The notes beneath the pieces were generated by a model. That model did no database searches, was not told the origin of the DNA, and saw nothing but the letters and a program-made list of their open reading frames with translations. Below, piece by piece: positions 34,300 to 39,735 of a stretch of DNA of 39,735 nt. Source of the DNA: a virus; UHGV virus genome UHGV-1362164; one strand, written 5' to 3'. The stretch's first letter is position 1. The number at the start of each line of letters is the position of its first letter. The position numbers were made by a program, and so were the translations under genes.

Positions 34300-35151
34300 A
34301 TGGATTTATACATTGAAAAAGATGGCCTAAAGACAAGAATGTCCTCCTTAGGCGTTCTTGTTCAAGATATTCAAGTGTCCAACGCTGCCGTTGAATCGAA
34401 TCGCAAAAGAATCAATGGTAAGAACGGCAATTTATTTATGGGTGCAACACATACTGAAAAAAAGATATCTGTTGTTGGGAAGTATTATGTTTCTGACGAA
34501 CTACAGGATGAATTAATGAAAGATAGGCTCAATGGTATCTTCGCTGATACTGAGCCTTATTTTATTACTCGAATGTACAATACAGGGACAATATATGAAT
34601 TTGAAAGACCCGGCCAAAAACTAGGGTTTGACTTATTAAAACCTGATAAACAAAGAAAATATCATTATCGCTATAAAGTATTACTAGATGGTGAGATTGA
34701 TTATTCTTTTCAAGGATTTAGCGATGCAGGGCTACTTTATGAGATTAGCTTTACCTTGGTAACAGCAGATGTCCCTTTTGGTATGACAGAACCAGGTACA
34801 ATCGAATTGTCAGGAGAGGGTGGGTTCATCGAGTACAAGGGGACCGCACCCTGTAGTCAGTTAGAATGGCCGTGGGCGGTACAAGTTATAGCAAATTCCA
34901 GTCCTGGAACAAAATTTACTGTGACGATTGGTGATCGCACGCTAAGCTATGAAGGTAAAAAATCTATAGTATCAGGTGATATTTTCTTATTAGAGGGATC
35001 AAGTTTTACTCTTAATGGTCTCAATATTAACGATCAGACGAACCTTGAATATTTTGTATTGGAACCTTCCGAACGAGGTTTTATTTCCTATAGTACATCG
35101 ATGAATAGCGCATCAATACAACTATTAAACAAAGTTGATTTTTATAGATAG
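34300..35151 (+). CDS. Distal tail protein (Dit, siphovirus tail family)
   Basis: Position immediately after the TMP. 283 aa. RBS AGGAGGAG. Confidence 0.7.
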   Translation: MDLYIEKDGLKTRMSSLGVLVQDIQVSNAAVESNRKRINGKNGNLFMGATHTEKKISVVGKYYVSDELQDELMKDRLNGIFADTEPYFITRMYNTGTIYEFERPGQKLGFDLLKPDKQRKYHYRYKVLLDGEIDYSFQGFSDAGLLYEISFTLVTADVPFGMTEPGTIELSGEGGFIEYKGTAPCSQLEWPWAVQVIANSSPGTKFTVTIGDRTLSYEGKKSIVSGDIFLLEGSSFTLNGLNINDQTNLEYFVLEPSERGFISYSTSMNSASIQLLNKVDFYR

Positions 35152-35169
35152 GTTTGAAGGTGAAGACTA

Positions 35170-37230
35170 ATGACAGTATTTAAAAATGTTAAAAGTGAAG
35201 AATTTATTGCGCTTACTGAATTAACCTATAGCCATAAAGTAAATGGAGAAAAATCAATAAAAGGTACAATCTATTCTGGTGAAGAAGTTATTCGGGGTAT
35301 TGATCGCGGTTGGTCAATGGAGTTTCAAGGAGAAGTCTATTTTATTACCTACGCTTTGCCGGTTGATAATGGCGAGTCAGTTACAGTTGAGTTCGATGCC
35401 ATCCATGAATTTTTTTACAGAATGGGAAAGTCTTCAGTTTACAAAGTGCTTAATGGATCTAATACCGCTAAGTCTTATTTAGACCTGATTTTTAGCGGTA
35501 GTGGATACGGTTATTCATTAGAGGTCGCACTACCCGCATTTGAAAAACAGAATTTCGGACTTAAGAATCGGCTTGCTTTGTTCAATGACTTTATTAATAG
35601 CACATCCACTGAATTTAAAGTCCTTGGCAAGACTGTAACGATTGTAGAGAAAGTAGGTAGCGATCTTTCAACGATCGTTCGAAAAGGATTCAATATGCAA
35701 GACTTAGGATTAGAGCACAATATCGGTGATTTTGTAACTTACGCAAAAGGATTTGGTGCTTTTGTAGATCCTGAGAATGAATCAAAGGGAAGATTGGAAG
35801 TCACCTATAAAAGTCCGCTAGCAGAAATTTATGGAATCCTTGAAGCTGATCCAGTTGTAGATGAACGTTATACAAAAACAGAAAGTATGTTGGCTAGACT
35901 AAAAGAACTTGTAGAGTCTTCCTACAGTATTTCCGTTTCTTTGACTGTTGAGGATTTACAGAAAGCAGGTTATAAGTATGCTTTCCCTGATCCAGGCGAT
36001 TATATCACTGCAGTCAATGAAGACCTTAAGTTCCAACAGAAAATCCGAATCGTCGGCATTGATGAATCATTCGATGTATTAGGAAATCCTATAGAAAAAA
36101 GCGTCACTTGTAATTCTTTAAATCTGATTGATCAAAAAAACCAAGCGGATGCAAGCAATTCTCAAACATGGTCAGATATCGCCAATGGCGTGAAGGTAAT
36201 TCCTAATGAGTGGTTAACAGTTGCGATACAAAACGCTACAAATGCACTATTAGAAGCTCAGACCGAGTTGAAATTTACAAGTAATGGAATCCTAGCCGTT
36301 GAAAAAGGGAATAGCAATAGATTGGTGATTTTAAACTCTGCTGGTGTTGGCGTTTCTACGGATGGAGGAAAAACGTTTGAAAATGCTCTTACAGCAGATG
36401 GAGTTAATGCTTCTGCAATAACTACAGGGATACTACGGGCTATCAATATTATCGGTGTAGCGATTTCAGGATCTACTATTACAGGTAGTACAATCATTTC
36501 TGCTCGTGGTATGTATAAAACTCAGATTTCAGGCGGTACCATGAAAGTTATGACAGGTGATTTACTTCATACTGAGTATGGTGGGTCGGGGATTGAGATG
36601 TATAAAAATGATGGTGTAACTCGGATCGGTACAATTACCAGATACACCGAAGCTTCAACTGGACGTGAATATTTCGGAATCGGTGCGCAAGGTTCAAATG
36701 CTGAATTAGCTATCGGTAATAGTTATACTGTTACTACGTTAAGTGGTGCAAAATTAGTAACTAGTCTTGAAGCGAATAATAATACTATCAATAATGTTCT
36801 TGTTGGATCGAGATTACAAGTTAACAACAATACAGATGTTGATTTCTACTCTTCTTTAGATATGCATGGATACTCGATATACAATCAATCTGATATACGT
36901 TTAAAGGAGAACATAGAAGAAACGCAGATCGACGGCATTGAGGAAACAAAAAAGCTAAACTTTGTCGAGTTTGATAGAAAGCAGAATTATCAAAGTAAAG
37001 ACCCCAATAGACAGCCAAATAACAAGAGAGAACTCGGGTTGATAGCACAGTATTCTCCTTTTCTTAGTGCAAAAGTCGAAGAAGACAATTATCAACGAAT
37101 CGACATGAACAAACAAATCATGCTTAATAGTCTGACCAATAAGCAGTTGATTGAAATAGTCGAACGACTGGAAAAACAACTCACACATGCGAAAAAGAAT
37201 AAACGGAAATATCACAGAGGGGGTGTTTAG
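35170..37230 (+). CDS. Tail-associated protein (Tal-like) with C-terminal intramolecular-chaperone (peptidase S74) domain
   Basis: 686 aa. The C-terminal SDIRLKENI motif is typical of S74 auto-processing domains. Glycine-rich beta-helix-like repeats in the middle. Confidence 0.65.
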   Translation: MTVFKNVKSEEFIALTELTYSHKVNGEKSIKGTIYSGEEVIRGIDRGWSMEFQGEVYFITYALPVDNGESVTVEFDAIHEFFYRMGKSSVYKVLNGSNTAKSYLDLIFSGSGYGYSLEVALPAFEKQNFGLKNRLALFNDFINSTSTEFKVLGKTVTIVEKVGSDLSTIVRKGFNMQDLGLEHNIGDFVTYAKGFGAFVDPENESKGRLEVTYKSPLAEIYGILEADPVVDERYTKTESMLARLKELVESSYSISVSLTVEDLQKAGYKYAFPDPGDYITAVNEDLKFQQKIRIVGIDESFDVLGNPIEKSVTCNSLNLIDQKNQADASNSQTWSDIANGVKVIPNEWLTVAIQNATNALLEAQTELKFTSNGILAVEKGNSNRLVILNSAGVGVSTDGGKTFENALTADGVNASAITTGILRAINIIGVAISGSTITGSTIISARGMYKTQISGGTMKVMTGDLLHTEYGGSGIEMYKNDGVTRIGTITRYTEASTGREYFGIGAQGSNAELAIGNSYTVTTLSGAKLVTSLEANNNTINNVLVGSRLQVNNNTDVDFYSSLDMHGYSIYNQSDIRLKENIEETQIDGIEETKKLNFVEFDRKQNYQSKDPNRQPNNKRELGLIAQYSPFLSAKVEEDNYQRIDMNKQIMLNSLTNKQLIEIVERLEKQLTHAKKNKRKYHRGGV

Positions 37231-37232
37231 AC

Positions 37233-39035
37233 ATGCTAAATTTGGATATTAATAAAGAAATTACCGGTAGACATATCGTTTATGGACGAGTGGGTGATAA
37301 CAATAGCCATATTGAAAAAGTGAGTGTTATCAATAGTGACGGAACCCCCTTCAGTTTGACAGGTATTTCTATCTGCTTTATGGGGAATACACATCAGAAT
37401 CAAACAAAAGTCATTGATTCTGATGGTGTAAAAATCGTAGATGCTGCTAAAGGGCTCTTTCAATATACTTTTCCAAGTATGGCTTTTGGTGTCGCAGGAC
37501 CATATGAACGTGCATATTTTCAATTCACTAACAAGGATGGCGTGATTACGTCAACTGGAGACTTTGAAGTTATCGTACTAGATAATACTGATATTACTTC
37601 TAATGAAGCTGAAACAGTAATCACTGAATACAATAAACTAGTGGCTGAATTAAATGAACTTCAAAATCAAGCTATTGATGAAATGAATCGTAACTTCTCT
37701 GAAGTTCAAGGGAGAATCTCTGAACTGGAGGTTCAAATAAATGATTTACGCAATAAAATTGATCAAGCCTTAACGGATTTTGAGAACGGGAACTTCTGGA
37801 CGAAAGAAGAGAGTTTCAATAAAGAAGAAAGTTCCGCAAACGTGATCTACCAAGTAATTGGGAAAGAGAAAGTTCGATTGACATTTACTCTTGATTTAAA
37901 TTCAGCATCGAGCATTGTCTTTGCTGCTGGATATTCTAGTTTACTTCCTATAACGAATACCGCATGGCGACAATTAACGGATGAACAACTACAAACAGTA
38001 CTTGCTTTGGACGGTTCGATTTTTGTCAGCAGGGATTTAGCGAACAACTATAGAAAACAGGTCAGAATTCAATGGAACGTCTTACCGTTCATCAAGGCAG
38101 AATTAGGTGACGATTATTTCATCGACAAAGGGATCGTTGATGATACAGAAATATTGAATCATTTAAAAGAAGTGATTATTGAAGATGAGGCTAATATCTG
38201 GGGATTCGGTGTTGGCGGATTGATCAACAAACTCAATATGTCAGTTCTGAATAAACAAAACCAATGGTTTGATCCAGTTTTCAACACAGATGCGACAGTA
38301 TCTAAGTTAACTCGATCGGGTGACTTTAAAAGTTTCGTTAGTGATACAGGAACACTTGAATATATAGTCTATCCCGAACCAACAGCAAGCAATAGTTATT
38401 CGACAGTTAATATAGATTATATGAATTTCAAATTTTCAATTGATGTGTCCATGAACGAACATATAAAAGCATTGATAGCGGCCTATCAAGCAGAAAAAAA
38501 TAATGCAACGAAAGAAGAGGCTGAAGCGGGCGAAGACAATACGAAAACGATGACTCCGTTACGGACTAAGCAGCAAATTGATAAAAGAATGGCAACAAAA
38601 GAAGAGGTTACTGAAGGAATTGCTACAGATAAACTCGTTTCGCCTGCAACACTCCCTAAATATCTATATGTAGAAGTTGGGGATTGGGTAGCATTAACAC
38701 TTAATCCAGGTTTTATTGCTGCAGACAGTTCAATTCCTCAATATCGCATAACCTCATATCGAACTGGTGATGTTGTTAAGAAGCTTGTTGAGTTTCGTGG
38801 AGCGGTGACACTATCTACAGGAACAATTGATAGTGTTTTTAACACAATAAGTGCTGCTACAATCGCAAGTGAACTGAGACCTGCTCAAAAAGTAATGGTT
38901 AGTTGCAGCACAAATGTACTCAGTGTTGTTGGCCGTGTGCACGTTGCGGAATCTGGGAACATAATGATTGGCCAAAATTCAGGGCAATCAGTCAATTATC
39001 TGTATCTGAACAATTTGAGATACTGGTTAGATTAG
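37233..39035 (+). CDS. Distal tail / putative receptor-binding protein (600 aa)
   Basis: Position after Tal. Central coiled-coil (ELNELQNQAIDEMNRNFSEVQGRISELEVQINDLRNKIDQ). The function is inferred from position only. Confidence 0.45.
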   Translation: MLNLDINKEITGRHIVYGRVGDNNSHIEKVSVINSDGTPFSLTGISICFMGNTHQNQTKVIDSDGVKIVDAAKGLFQYTFPSMAFGVAGPYERAYFQFTNKDGVITSTGDFEVIVLDNTDITSNEAETVITEYNKLVAELNELQNQAIDEMNRNFSEVQGRISELEVQINDLRNKIDQALTDFENGNFWTKEESFNKEESSANVIYQVIGKEKVRLTFTLDLNSASSIVFAAGYSSLLPITNTAWRQLTDEQLQTVLALDGSIFVSRDLANNYRKQVRIQWNVLPFIKAELGDDYFIDKGIVDDTEILNHLKEVIIEDEANIWGFGVGGLINKLNMSVLNKQNQWFDPVFNTDATVSKLTRSGDFKSFVSDTGTLEYIVYPEPTASNSYSTVNIDYMNFKFSIDVSMNEHIKALIAAYQAEKNNATKEEAEAGEDNTKTMTPLRTKQQIDKRMATKEEVTEGIATDKLVSPATLPKYLYVEVGDWVALTLNPGFIAADSSIPQYRITSYRTGDVVKKLVEFRGAVTLSTGTIDSVFNTISAATIASELRPAQKVMVSCSTNVLSVVGRVHVAESGNIMIGQNSGQSVNYLYLNNLRYWLD

Positions 39036-39070
39036 CCAAAGTAGCACACTTTCGGGTGTGCTTTTTATAT
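39036..39070 (+). terminator. Intrinsic terminator closing the tail module
   Basis: AGCACAC-TTTCGG-GTGTGCT followed by TTTTTATATT. Confidence 0.6.
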
Positions 39071-39092
39071 TGGGAGAGGAAGGGGAAGTCAT

Positions 39093-39449
39093 GTGGGAAT
39101 GGAACTTGAAGAACAGGTTCAACAGCACGAAGACAAGTTAAAACAGCACGACAAAGAAATTAGCCGTTTAAATGATCTTTCGCTAGTAATGCAAAAATCA
39201 ATGAACGAAGGGCTTGCTCGTGTGGATGAATCAAATAGATTTTTGCGAGAACAAAATACGCGCCAATCGGAACAAAACGCTGAAATTTTGAGAGAGGTCC
39301 TAAATCGAAACAAAGAAGAAGAGGAGCATAAGCACGAACTACGTATGATTGATAAGACTAACATATGGAAACTAATCTTGGGAATTGGCGGTGGTGCTGG
39401 CGTTGTATTTGCATTCGTACTGGAATTGCTTAAATTTTTGAGGGGGTGA
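39093..39449 (+). CDS. XhlA-like lysis-associated protein (coiled-coil plus C-terminal TM)
   Basis: Coiled N-terminal region and C-terminal TM ILGIGGGAGVVFAFVLELL. Positioned immediately before the holin. Confidence 0.55.
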   Translation: MGMELEEQVQQHEDKLKQHDKEISRLNDLSLVMQKSMNEGLARVDESNRFLREQNTRQSEQNAEILREVLNRNKEEEEHKHELRMIDKTNIWKLILGIGGGAGVVFAFVLELLKFLRG

Positions 39450-39454
39450 GATTA

Positions 39455-39661
39455 ATGCAAAATAAGACGTTTGAAATTTTGAAATGGGTGGCCGCAATTG
39501 TCATTCCTGCGCTGGCGACATTTGTTGGTGTGGTAGGAAAGGCGATTAATTGGGAGTACACCGATATCACGGTAATCATTATAACAGCGCTAGGTACTTT
39601 TTTGGGAACCGTGTTGGGGGTATCGAATCGAACATACAAGATGTTTTCAGCAGATGAATAG
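39455..39661 (+). CDS. Holin (68 aa, two TM segments)
   Basis: RBS GGGGGTGAG plus ATG 39455. TM segments WVAAIVIPALATFVGVV and VIIITALGTFLGTVLGV. Charged C-terminus. Confidence 0.6.
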   Translation: MQNKTFEILKWVAAIVIPALATFVGVVGKAINWEYTDITVIIITALGTFLGTVLGVSNRTYKMFSADE

Positions 39662-39671
39662 GAGAGAATAC

Positions 39672-39735
39672 ATGAAAAAGAAAATTATTGTAGGAGCTAT
39701 TGTAGCTCTTTTTTTGTTGCCAATTTTTCCAGGAA
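39672..39735 (+). CDS. Start of a small membrane protein (second holin-like gene), truncated by the window end
   Basis: RBS AGGAGAGAA. Sequence MKKKIIVGAIVALFLLPIFPG... The lysin gene presumably follows outside the window. Confidence 0.3.
   Translation, partial: MKKKIIVGAIVALFLLPIFPG

Overview
This is low-GC (~36% GC) Firmicutes DNA with an Enterococcus/Lactobacillales-like look: AGGAGG-type ribosome-binding sites (RBS), an ISL3-type insertion sequence, an ArpU late activator and a GH25+LysM lysin. Left to right the window contains the following.

- **1-1232:** 3' end of a GH25-muramidase/LysM endolysin, i.e. the right end of a phage-like element.
- **1547-1620:** tRNA-Met(CAT).
- **1.8-6.1 kb, a small accessory island:**
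  - a Panacea/DUF4065 (SocA-like antitoxin domain) gene translationally coupled to an unknown 140-aa partner, a candidate toxin-antitoxin/abortive-infection pair;
  - a small Zn-ribbon protein;
  - a complete ISL3-family IS (3185-4720) with a perfect 8-bp target duplication and a frameshifted transposase;
  - a membrane-anchored coiled-coil protein.
- **~6.2 kb, a putative att region:** a candidate promoter+terminator sRNA and TGAATAC direct repeats that look like integrase arm-type sites.
- **6.6 kb to window end, a siphovirus-type temperate prophage that runs off the window before its lysin:** tyrosine integrase, CI (HTH+S24), operators and divergent promoters, cro, an excisionase-like gene, antirepressor, replisome organizer with iterons, a DnaC-like loader, many small early genes, the ArpU late activator, terS/terL (pac-type), portal, minor head, scaffold, capsid, connector genes, major tail with a probable frameshift Ig-like extension, G/GT chaperones with a TTTTTTC slip site, a 1516-aa tape measure, Dit, Tal with an S74 auto-chaperone, a 600-aa distal protein, XhlA-like protein and holin.

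The least ordinary part is the 16.6-20.3 kb segment between the early operon and terS.

- It contains two related arrays of degenerate ~90-110-bp tandem units. Each unit is an A-tract, a GC stem-loop, a second stem-loop and a TACAACAAAAAA linker; read on the minus strand each unit looks like a promoter-sRNA-terminator module.
- Interleaved with the arrays are arpU, an opposite-strand DUF3892 moron with its own strong promoter and terminator, a degenerate tRNA-like element followed by a terminator, and a terminator-bounded two-gene membrane-protein cassette. The cassette is a candidate superinfection-exclusion/Abi module.

All family assignments come from motif recognition by eye; no database searches were run.
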